Assembly (NCBI GenBank): GCA_043805855.1
Contig: JAZDHP010000008.1
Location: 1-43,784 of the forward strand
Length of the DNA stretch: 43,784 nt
From: Candidatus Micrarchaeota archaeon
Lineage (GTDB): Archaea > Micrarchaeota > Micrarchaeia > Norongarragalinales > UBA8480
Direction of reading: 5' to 3'
Shown here: positions 27,088-34,869 of the stretch, in pieces
Layout: every line of letters starts with the position of its first letter
Position numbering within the stretch: the stretch's first letter is position 1
The notes under the pieces: generated by a model
Told to the model about the DNA's origin: nothing
The model's database searches: none
Seen by the model: only the letters and a program-made list of their open reading frames with translations
Translations under genes and position numbers: made by a program

Positions 27088-28008
27088 TCACACTTGTATT
27101 GAAATTATATTTGGTATTTTTGCAGGTTTTTTGTCAACTGCGCGGCGTAGGCGGATCAAACGTTTTACTGGCCCAGGGATACTGCCTTGCAATAAAATAT
27201 AAGTACCTTTTACTTCGCCGTAGTGTTTAAACGCGGGCAACTTGTTAGTTGAAATTTTCAAAATGCGTTTGTTAAAATCAGTTCTCCTTTGAAAGCCCAT
27301 TTGACCGGGCCTTGGTACAGAGAAAAACACTCTTGCTTGGGTTTCTGCGCCAAGAGTTCCACCTTTACGACGGTGTGCAGTTGCCTTGTGAGGGTTAAGC
27401 GCAACGCCGAACCGCTTGACAAGCCCTTGCCAACCTTTTCCAGTTGTCACAGCAATTACGTCGGTAAATTCTCCTTCTTTGAAAACATCGCTAAATGCAA
27501 CTTCTTTGCCGAGCAAACTCTTTGCGAGCTCTAGCTGTTCTTCTTTTGTACCAGCTAATGGAATTTCCATAACTTCAGGCGTTTTCTTTAATGAAATCTT
27601 TTGCGGTTGCGTAAGCGCGATTAAACGTAGTTGTTCAAATTCTTTTATTACTTCAAAGCCTTTTGTTTTCTTTGCAGGCGTTAAAGAACGTCGCGCTTCT
27701 TTTGGAGCATTAGTTGCAGTTACTTGCATTATTTGTTTTAACCCTAGCGGGGTTTTTGCTAAAACATTAACTGCGTAGATAAACATTGGCGGTACTTCGA
27801 CAATTGTAACTGGCTTTACAACTTCCTGGCCTTTTAACGGCGATTCAGAATCTTCAATCATTACTAAGTCCATCATACCTGCTTTGTAACCGGCGAAGCT
27901 CGAGAGCCCTTTTACATTAATCCAGTTCCTCAAGCGAGGTACAAGGCGTTTTGCACGTGCCCTGTGCCAAAAAGATAAACTTCCGCGTCTAGTCGACTTC
28001 TTACCCAT
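27088..28008 (-). CDS. rpl3: 50S ribosomal protein L3 (uL3)
   Basis: RRGSL.F, GYKAGM, GKG.QG.VKRFG, GQMGF..RT..NKR, GSIPGP.KR. Confidence 0.98.
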   Translation of the reverse strand: MGKKSTRRGSLSFWHRARAKRLVPRLRNWINVKGLSSFAGYKAGMMDLVMIEDSESPLKGQEVVKPVTIVEVPPMFIYAVNVLAKTPLGLKQIMQVTATNAPKEARRSLTPAKKTKGFEVIKEFEQLRLIALTQPQKISLKKTPEVMEIPLAGTKEEQLELAKSLLGKEVAFSDVFKEGEFTDVIAVTTGKGWQGLVKRFGVALNPHKATAHRRKGGTLGAETQARVFFSVPRPGQMGFQRRTDFNKRILKISTNKLPAFKHYGEVKGTYILLQGSIPGPVKRLIRLRRAVDKKPAKIPNIISIQV

Positions 28009-28056
28009 AAAATAAAATCACGTTTCAAAATATTAAAAATAATTTAAGCTAATTCT

Positions 28057-28209
28057 TTAAACTGCTTTGACTGTGCGAGCTACTGGCGGCGTCTTTTTAA
28101 ATAGAGATTTGCCCCCACAATAAGTACACCGGACACTACCGGCGCTTAGAGCCGAACGAAAGTCTTTGTCATTAAACTCTCTACCACAAGATGCACAAAC
28201 ATAAGACAT
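28057..28209 (-). CDS. rpoP: DNA-directed RNA polymerase subunit P (Rpo12; not in ORF track)
   Basis: Manual translation MSYVCASCGREF...VRCTYCGGKSLFKKTPPVARTVKAV: Zn ribbon plus the typical L.K..P...R.VKA tail. Confidence 0.9.
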   Translation of the reverse strand: MSYVCASCGREFNDKDFRSALSAGSVRCTYCGGKSLFKKTPPVARTVKAV

Positions 28210-28223
28210 AATATATAGATCCC

Positions 28224-28541
28224 TTATCGAAACGCTAAGCTGTAACCAGTGAACATCTGGAGCAACAAGCCACCTACCAAAATGGCGATGACGAATAGCG
28301 TTATACTTCCGAGCACTTCTACCCTCAAGGTATGGCGTGCTACTAAAAGACCGAGTAAAATAATTGCGAAAATTGTTATTAAATCTATGCCCTCAGTGAA
28401 AATTAGCCACGGAAGCAAAATTGTGAGCAAAAACCCAAGTGCAAGCGCTGGTCCAATGCCAATTCTAACTCTAATAACTTGTCCCGCTAGTAGGATTCCA
28501 ATTGTGAAAATTAGAAACGGAATCAAGAAGCTATCCAACAA
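28224..28541 (-). CDS. Small multi-pass membrane protein, unknown function
   Basis: About four hydrophobic helices; co-oriented with rpoP. Confidence 0.65.
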   Translation of the reverse strand: MLDSFLIPFLIFTIGILLAGQVIRVRIGIGPALALGFLLTILLPWLIFTEGIDLITIFAIILLGLLVARHTLRVEVLGSITLFVIAILVGGLLLQMFTGYSLAFR

Positions 28542-28625
28542 TAAGTTAAAAACCGTACAAACACACCCATTCCAAGTTACTACTCATAAGTTAAACAATA
28601 GGAAATAGAGTGGTTAAAAAGGTTG

Positions 28626-28937
28626 CTATTTTAACGCGTTAAGTTTTTTCACAAGCTGTTCAAACAACTCTTGTTTCTTTTGCTTTGATAAAACAAATAA
28701 CTTTTTCTTCACGGCGTTTTCGGAAATAGTCATTATATAATTAGTTTTTATGACGCTGTCAACAATTGCGCCGTCTTTTTTAGTAAGTGAAATCCCTTTC
28801 ATTTGTTGGTTGCTAGTTATTCCGGCAACTATAATGTTTCCAAACTCTTCAAACAAAACAACTGCGGGCCTAGCTTTAACTTCAAAAGAATCAGTGAACT
28901 GCACTGAACACAACAACACGTCACCAGAGCTATACAT
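28626..28937 (-). CDS. PemK/MazF-family toxin (endoribonuclease)
   Basis: GDV.L....FTD....K.RPAVVL, IIVA.ITS, S.IK. Confidence 0.85.
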   Translation of the reverse strand: MYSSGDVLLCSVQFTDSFEVKARPAVVLFEEFGNIIVAGITSNQQMKGISLTKKDGAIVDSVIKTNYIMTISENAVKKKLFVLSKQKKQELFEQLVKKLNALK

Positions 28938-29157
28938 TTTCCCACACCTCGTCCGCAGGATTATCCCAAAGTTCTTTCATTTTCTCTTGTTGTATTTTGT
29001 GCAAGAAATCATCGTATTGATTGCGTTCTTTTGCGCGTTTAAACAACGTAATCATTTTCAACAAAAGCGAATTATACGTTTGCTCAGGATACTCTCTAAG
29101 TTGTTTCAACTCATCCAAAACATCTTTATTTATTTGAATCGTAGTAATGTTCACCAT
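28930..29157 (-). CDS. Putative antitoxin (ribbon-helix-helix-like)
   Basis: TTIQI...V.D.LK......TY..LL, acidic C-terminus ELWDNPADEVWE; overlaps the toxin start. Confidence 0.75.
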   Translation of the reverse strand: MVNITTIQINKDVLDELKQLREYPEQTYNSLLLKMITLFKRAKERNQYDDFLHKIQQEKMKELWDNPADEVWENV

Positions 29158-29239
29158 ATATAGTCTATAGAATACTATAGTAACTTATATTTATTTCTTG
29201 CTACGACTAACAAAAAAGAAGAATAAAATAAAGACAGCA

Positions 29240-29257
29240 CAAAAAGTGGACGAAAAG
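29240..29257. repeat. 18-bp direct repeat, copy 1
   Basis: caaaaagtggacgaaaag identical to 30004-30021. Confidence 0.85.
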
Positions 29258-29321
29258 GCATGAGCCAAGTCAAGACACTAGGCTACGAAAAGAATATAAA
29301 TAAGAATTTCTTATAATCTTA

Positions 29322-29573
29322 TTGATGAAAGGTATGGAAAATTTTATTGGTAAAGTAACCTCTCGCGGCCAAATTACGCTCCCTCAGCAGTTACGCGAGG
29401 AAAAAGGTATCACGGAAAACGACTACGTAGTAATGCGCAAAGTTGGCAAGTATATTGTTATTGGAAAAGTTGAGGCGCGGCTTGATGAAATAACCGCTGC
29501 GTTTGAAGAAGAGGCAAAAGCAAATAAAATAACAAAGAAGAAGTTGTTAGCTGAACTCAGCCAAAGCAAGTAG
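29322..29573 (+). CDS. AbrB/MazE/SpoVT-family DNA-binding protein (antitoxin-like); start probably 29334
   Basis: KVTSRGQITLP..LRE..GI...D.V. Confidence 0.88.
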   Translation: MMKGMENFIGKVTSRGQITLPQQLREEKGITENDYVVMRKVGKYIVIGKVEARLDEITAAFEEEAKANKITKKKLLAELSQSK

Positions 29574-29957
29574 CTGCCGGCTAGTAACTATTTCAATTTC
29601 ACAGTACCTTTTCAAGGTCGTTAAATCTTTGTCTCCGCTCACGAGATATTTGCAATTCGAAAATAAAGCTGCTGCTAAAACGTGTTGATCTTTTTTATCA
29701 CGAACTACTTGTAAAGAAATTAGTTCCAAGTAACTAGACCTCGGAATAACTTGAATTCTAGAAGAAACTATAAACTCATTGAACAACGCAGAACTCCTTG
29801 GAAACTTACGCACTAGTACTGCAGTCACTTCATTAATTACGTCTTCTGAAGTTATCAACTCTGTTTTTTCCTTCGAGGCTAATTTCAGCACTTCGTGTTC
29901 GAGACCACGAAAAACTATTCCTGAAATCAAAGTATTAGCGTCGACAAAAACTCTCAT
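29547..29957 (-). CDS. PIN-domain toxin (VapC / PIN_3-like)
   Basis: MRVFVDANTLISG, E, RD..D.HVLAAA, LVSGDKDL. Confidence 0.9.
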   Translation of the reverse strand: MRVFVDANTLISGIVFRGLEHEVLKLASKEKTELITSEDVINEVTAVLVRKFPRSSALFNEFIVSSRIQVIPRSSYLELISLQVVRDKKDQHVLAAALFSNCKYLVSGDKDLTTLKRYCEIEIVTSRQLLALAEFS

Positions 29958-30003
29958 TTAACTCGAGGCTATTGCTCGCGGTTAACTTAAATCAATCACC
30001 GCG

Positions 30004-30021
30004 CAAAAAGTGGACGAAAAG
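30004..30021. repeat. 18-bp direct repeat, copy 2
   Basis: Identical to 29240-29257. Confidence 0.85.
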
Positions 30022-30030
30022 CTAAACTAA

Positions 30031-30441
30031 TCAAACCTTGCCGTTAGCTTCAATTTTTATATCGCTTACGAGTTTTTGCAGCGAAGTATTGAGTTCGTTT
30101 ATTTTTTTGTCAACTGTTTGCAGTTGTATTTTGAGCTCGTCGATGCTTTTCTTTTGAATTGTAGGCGTTTTTCCAGCGTCGATTGCAATTTCCGCTTCGC
30201 TATATAGCTCGCGAGCTTGTTTTTGTAAAAGTGGCAACTGTAGCGAAAGTAAGTGCACGTCGAGAGTCATTGCGAATATTTTCTTGTTAATTGTTTCAGA
30301 GTAGTAATGTGCTTCGCTGATGTGATGACAAAACTCTCGCACTGAGTCAAAAAGCTCCAATGTGTTGTCAAGCGCTTTGAAGCTAAAACTAAACTCCTTT
30401 GCAAAAAAAGTGTTTGTCTTTTCTTCTATTTTTTCATCCAT
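30031..30441 (-). CDS. Hypothetical coiled-coil protein
   Basis: ORF from MDEKIEE; the longer N-terminus in the ORF track runs through tRNA-Thr. Confidence 0.7.
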   Translation of the reverse strand: MDEKIEEKTNTFFAKEFSFSFKALDNTLELFDSVREFCHHISEAHYYSETINKKIFAMTLDVHLLSLQLPLLQKQARELYSEAEIAIDAGKTPTIQKKSIDELKIQLQTVDKKINELNTSLQKLVSDIKIEANGKV

Positions 30442-30472
30442 ATTTATCAATACCGCATCATAAAAAAAGAAA

Positions 30473-30611
30473 AGCCCCCGACGAGAATAGTTCAAACTTT
30501 TTCTTTTTCCAAGGTTTCTTTTCCCAAGGCTTTTCTTTTCTAAAGAAAAGGCTTTTGAACTCGCGACCTTTTGCTTACCATGCAAACGCTCTACCACTGA
30601 GCTACAGAGGC
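30473..30611 (-). tRNA. tRNA-Thr(GGU) with about 67-nt intron at 59/60 (30487-30553)
   Basis: Acceptor GCCTCTG/CGGGGGC; D arm GCTC/GAGC; anticodon arm TTTGC ATGGTAA GCAAA; T arm GCGAG TTCAAA|T CTCGT; helix TTCA/TGAA with enlarged 3' bulge. Confidence 0.9.
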
Positions 30612-30674
30612 TTTATTGTGGAGAAAAAAGCGCAATAGAAACTTATTAGTGTTTGCTTGTTCAGAATTTTAACT

Positions 30675-31268
30675 ATGTTAGATAAACGTACTTTTGAAAA
30701 GTTGAAACGCGGGCCGCAAGTTGTCGTGTTGAAAGACGCTGCGATGATTGTTGGACTTGCTGGGATTGGGTCAGGCGATAAAATTGTCGAAGCTGGGAGT
30801 GGGAGTGGTTTCCTTGCTATTTTCCTCGCGAACGTCGTTGGAAAAGACGGAAAAGTTTATTCTTACGAGTGGCGGGAAGATTTTCACAAATTGGCAGCTA
30901 AGAATGTTGCGAAGGTTGGTTTTGACAAAATTGTTGAGTTAAAGCAGAAGAGCATTTTTGACGGGATTGACGAGATGAATGTCGATGCGGTTATTCTTGA
31001 CTTGGCAGACAGCGAAAAAGCAGTTAGTCATGCTTTTAACTCTTTGAAGGGAAACGGAGTGCTTGTTGGTTTTCACCCGAATGTAGAACAGATTAAGAAG
31101 TTCACTGACGCGTGTAAAATCGCGGGTTTCAGTGAAGCTGAAGTTATAGAGGTTATTGTGCGAGATTGGAAGGTTAGAGATATTGGCTGTCGGCCGTTTA
31201 ACCAAGGTTTGGTACATACTGCTTTTCTCTCTTTTCAGCATAAACCAAGCGAACCTCAATCCTTATAA
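30675..31268 (+). CDS. trmI: tRNA (adenine-57/58-N1)-methyltransferase TrmI
   Basis: R.PQ....KD, VEAGSGSG, SYE.REDF...A..N, D.V.LDL, RP.....HTAFL. Confidence 0.92.
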   Translation: MLDKRTFEKLKRGPQVVVLKDAAMIVGLAGIGSGDKIVEAGSGSGFLAIFLANVVGKDGKVYSYEWREDFHKLAAKNVAKVGFDKIVELKQKSIFDGIDEMNVDAVILDLADSEKAVSHAFNSLKGNGVLVGFHPNVEQIKKFTDACKIAGFSEAEVIEVIVRDWKVRDIGCRPFNQGLVHTAFLSFQHKPSEPQSL

Positions 31269-31294
31269 TTTCCAATTTGCTAGTTATTTTTACA

Positions 31295-32782
31295 ATGGAA
31301 AAGAAACTCCTATTAGTTTTACTGCTCGGCGCAATAGTTGTAACTTCAGCAGCTTGGGTTTACAAGGAAAACGAAATGCAAGACAATCAGGTGCTCGTTT
31401 ACTTAACTGGAATGGACATTAGCGGCGAAGTGCAGTTAGTTGAAGAAGCGTTTCCAGAAATTGACGCGAGTCAAACAAAAACAATTAAAGTTGACGGCGG
31501 AACTGCAGATTGCACTTTAACACAATTTAAAGCTGATTCACTCGCAATTGGAAGAACTTCAAACGGCAGGTTACAAAACGCAGCGTTAGTGCCTGGCGAT
31601 AGCCCCTATATTGAATTAAAAAAAACTAATACGCGCGGGTGGGGCACAACTGAAACGATAAATTCTCTTGAACTCGCCGGATGTGCTGTACAAAAAGCAA
31701 TTGGGAAAAAATTAAAAATTACAGATATATCTGCACAAAATGGCGGGTCGCTTATGCCAACTCACAAAACACACCAAAACGGCTTGAGTGTTGACTTGTC
31801 TTTAATTTGTATAAAACCAGGCAAAGTTTACCAACTTGGTGGCTGTGGGCCTAACCCGGGCGATTTTGACGTTGAAACGAGTTGGCTAATTATAAGAACT
31901 CTAGCAATTAACACTCCAGTTAAAAGAATTTTGCTTAGCTCTGTTTTAATTAATAAATTGCAAATTTATGCAAACACTCATGAGAGTGACGCGAGTTTAC
32001 GGCAAAAAATATTCGCTTCTTTATTATACGCGGACCCTGACCACGCAGACCACACGCATATTGACTTCCACTGCTCGCCAAAAGATACACAATGCCAGGA
32101 AAGTAAAAGCGGTTATAAAACAACTGTAACTGAAGTTAGCGCTGATGAACTTGACACTGGAGAAACAGATGAAAACGGCGCGGGAACCGTAAGCGGCGCG
32201 GCAAAGAGCGATGCGGAATTGTTACAACTTGCAAATAGTAGAGCCGACAAATGCCTTTACTTTGACCCTGAATTAAATCCAATTGTACGCGCTTGTTCAC
32301 AGCGCTATGGGATAAATGAAAACTTGATAAAAGCAGTTGCAATGCATGAAAGTGGCGGGGTAGCGTGCGAGCACAATGGCGGGAAGCCAAATGCCATTAA
32401 CCCAGACAGTGGTGCAGTTGGCTTAATGCAATTAATGGTAATCGCTGTACAGGAAGTTAACAATAACCGCAACGCGCCGGGAAGTGAACCGAAAGTTACT
32501 CAACCAGTATGGAACCCTTCGCAAAACATTTGCGCTGGAACGCAGTTACTTGCGATTTACTGGTCAAAGAGAAACATCTTTAGCCACAAAATTCAAACTA
32601 CTTCTGATTTGCTTCAAGCTTACAACGGTGGGCCAAGCAACTGGGGCGCAGCTAATCCAAGCACAGAAAATAGAGACTTTCCAGAATGGATTAGACGAAG
32701 ATATCAAGATATAACGGGAATTGCTATGTTGCCGTTAACCCCTGAAATTCCTTCTGCTCCAGCTGCGCCAGTTGTTTCCTAG
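31295..32782 (+). CDS. Secreted/anchored protein: MepA-like murein endopeptidase domain fused to an SLT lytic transglycosylase domain
   Basis: N-terminal hydrophobic helix; S..IG..SNGRL.NA, D.S...GG....H.THQNGL.VD, H.DH.H (peptidase M74-like); LIKAV..HESGG, GAVGLMQLM, NI.AG, AYNGG (SLT). Confidence 0.88.
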   Translation: MEKKLLLVLLLGAIVVTSAAWVYKENEMQDNQVLVYLTGMDISGEVQLVEEAFPEIDASQTKTIKVDGGTADCTLTQFKADSLAIGRTSNGRLQNAALVPGDSPYIELKKTNTRGWGTTETINSLELAGCAVQKAIGKKLKITDISAQNGGSLMPTHKTHQNGLSVDLSLICIKPGKVYQLGGCGPNPGDFDVETSWLIIRTLAINTPVKRILLSSVLINKLQIYANTHESDASLRQKIFASLLYADPDHADHTHIDFHCSPKDTQCQESKSGYKTTVTEVSADELDTGETDENGAGTVSGAAKSDAELLQLANSRADKCLYFDPELNPIVRACSQRYGINENLIKAVAMHESGGVACEHNGGKPNAINPDSGAVGLMQLMVIAVQEVNNNRNAPGSEPKVTQPVWNPSQNICAGTQLLAIYWSKRNIFSHKIQTTSDLLQAYNGGPSNWGAANPSTENRDFPEWIRRRYQDITGIAMLPLTPEIPSAPAAPVVS

Positions 32783-32810
32783 AAAATTAAAATAAGTAAA
32801 AAATAGTTTT

Positions 32811-33431
32811 CTAATATTTTAGCGAGTCTAGATCTTCTTTTAGCCCTTGCCACCAGACGCTAGAATCAGTTGTCTTTAGCAATTCGCATAACTCTCTCGC
32901 GGTTTTTGTCTTTAACACAGCAGAAACGCGTTCAATCCAATCAAACGCTCCCGTGTGGCCATTGTCGTAATAGCACCGCGCAGTTATTGCAGCTTCAAGG
33001 TAATCAGCGTCTTTCAAAATAGCAGTTTCATCTGCAAGTAAATTGTAAACCACATCGCCCGCGGGTTTTCCAAGCAAGTCACATTGATCGCGCTCTGCTT
33101 TTTTCTTCACTTCTTTTGGAATCTTAAAATATTTACTTGCAATTTTGTGCTGGTCGAGTAAACGCGTTTCGTGCAAGTCATGGAACAACGCGTGCAGCGC
33201 GATTCTATCTGGATTTTCAACTTTTTCGCGAGAAGCAATAACATAAGCAAGTATTGCTGTTGCGAATGAGTGTTCTGCAATGCTCTCTGGGTCTTTTATC
33301 CCAACTACCCACCAGCCGCTGCGTTTGACGAACTTCGCGTGATTGACTTCAAACAAGTACTTTAAAATATTGAAGGTAGACTTATCGCCGTTTACCGCGC
33401 CAGCTGCTGCGACAGTTGTTGCCATTTTCAC
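32811..33431 (-). CDS. HD-domain hydrolase (YfbR/HDDC2-like 5'-deoxynucleotidase)
   Basis: K...RSGW...GI..PES.AEHS, ALFHDLHE, KDAD.LE. Confidence 0.9.
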   Translation of the reverse strand: MKMATTVAAAGAVNGDKSTFNILKYLFEVNHAKFVKRSGWWVVGIKDPESIAEHSFATAILAYVIASREKVENPDRIALHALFHDLHETRLLDQHKIASKYFKIPKEVKKKAERDQCDLLGKPAGDVVYNLLADETAILKDADYLEAAITARCYYDNGHTGAFDWIERVSAVLKTKTARELCELLKTTDSSVWWQGLKEDLDSLKY

Positions 33432-33826
33432 TTGAATCCTCTTGTACTTACAATTTTTTCCTGTAAGTGGTGGCGGCCGTAGAAGATTAACAAAATTCCA
33501 ACCACTAACGCGGCGATCATTAACGGGCTAACGACGTTATTTTCAAAGTGGTACACTATATACTCTCCGAAAACACCGAGCACAATTAACCACAGTAAAC
33601 GTAGTTCAATTAAGTACTCTGAAAAAATCCCGTGGCTTTTAATCGCGCCAACTGGATAATTAAGCAGGAAGCTGGCAATTGCGATAACTAAAAGCGCAGG
33701 GTAGGCGAATGTAGTCCAACCTGGAACAAAGTACTCTGTAAGGAAAGCGAATAGAATAACAAACAACACGTGGACTGCGAAGAAAACGTTCTCCACTTCT
33801 TTAAACCATTCAATTAAACCTGCCAT
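33428..33826 (-). CDS. Hypothetical four-TM membrane protein
   Basis: Hydrophobic segments; stop overlaps the HD gene start. Confidence 0.7.
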   Translation of the reverse strand: MAGLIEWFKEVENVFFAVHVLFVILFAFLTEYFVPGWTTFAYPALLVIAIASFLLNYPVGAIKSHGIFSEYLIELRLLWLIVLGVFGEYIVYHFENNVVSPLMIAALVVGILLIFYGRHHLQEKIVSTRGFK

Positions 33827-33927
33827 GAAAATAAACCTCTTTCAAATATTGTAATTTACGGTTTTAAAAACACTTGGGAAACGCAACATAAAGATAGAAA
33901 AGCACCAAAAGAGAAAAAGAATAGCAC

Positions 33928-34869
33928 ATGAACACAATTGCAACAAATTCAATTGAAAAAGCAGCTGCCGCGATTAGGAAAGGAGAAGTTGTTGGCTTTC
34001 CAACTGAAACCGTTTACGGCCTCGGGGCAGACGCGTTCAACGCAAAGGCAGTTGACAAAATTTTCGCGGCGAAGCGCAGGCCGGCGGACAACCCACTAAT
34101 TGTTCACATTTATGACAAAAAGCAAATTCCACTGATCGCCGCGCACATTGAACCAAAAGCACAGAAGCTAATTAATACATTTTTCCCCGGTTCGCTTACG
34201 CTTGTTGTAAAGAAAAATAAACATATTCCCGCAATTGTCACCGCTGGACTAAATACAGTGTGCATTCGCATGCCTTCATTGCCGTTGTGCCGCAGATTCC
34301 TCAAAGCATGCGGCGTTCCAGTTGCTGCACCTTCTGCTAACATTTCCGGAAAACCAAGCCCAACAACATGGCAGCACGTTTTGCACGATCTTGATGACCG
34401 AATTCTAGTAATTTTAAAAGGCCCGCGCTGCCGCCATGGGCTAGAGTCAACGGTTATTGACTGCACGAAGAAAACTCCCGTACTTTTGCGTCCCGGCGCA
34501 GTTAGTGTTGAAGAGATTGAAAAAGTAATTGGTAAGATAAAAATTCCAAACCAGTTAATGAAAAATAAAAAGACAAAAGTGCTTAGCCCTGGAATGAAGT
34601 ACCGTCATTATTCTCCAAATGGAAAAGTACACTTAGTAAAAAGAGGCACACAAATTCCTATTAATTCCGCTTTCATTGGTTTCACCAAGCCAAAAGCTAG
34701 AGCAAACTTTGCAGTGATTGTGAAAAACACAAAAGAATACGCGGCTAAATTGTACTGGTTTTTCCGCGAGTGCGATGAAAAGAAAATAAAAAATATTTAC
34801 TGCGAGTTGCCTGAAAGTAAAGGAATTGGCCGTGCGCTGTTGAACAGGTTGAAAAAAGCCGCTAACTAA
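33928..34869 (+). CDS. sua5: L-threonylcarbamoyladenylate synthase, Sua5/TsaC2 type
   Basis: FPTETVYGLGA, K.RP.DNPLIVH, AAPSAN.SG.PSPT, G.ESTV, SPGMKYRHYSP. Confidence 0.97.
   Translation: MNTIATNSIEKAAAAIRKGEVVGFPTETVYGLGADAFNAKAVDKIFAAKRRPADNPLIVHIYDKKQIPLIAAHIEPKAQKLINTFFPGSLTLVVKKNKHIPAIVTAGLNTVCIRMPSLPLCRRFLKACGVPVAAPSANISGKPSPTTWQHVLHDLDDRILVILKGPRCRHGLESTVIDCTKKTPVLLRPGAVSVEEIEKVIGKIKIPNQLMKNKKTKVLSPGMKYRHYSPNGKVHLVKRGTQIPINSAFIGFTKPKARANFAVIVKNTKEYAAKLYWFFRECDEKKIKNIYCELPESKGIGRALLNRLKKAAN

Noticed and set aside
15957..28008. Many + strand ORFs of 60-170 aa over the ribosomal protein genes
   Set aside because: Antisense shadows of well-supported genes.
28050..28215. Possible structured leader RNA for the L3 operon
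   Set aside because: Translates cleanly as Rpo12 (rpoP).
30442..30638. N-terminal extension of ORF 30031-30597 and ORF 30399-30638
   Set aside because: Both overlap tRNA-Thr; the real start is probably 30441.
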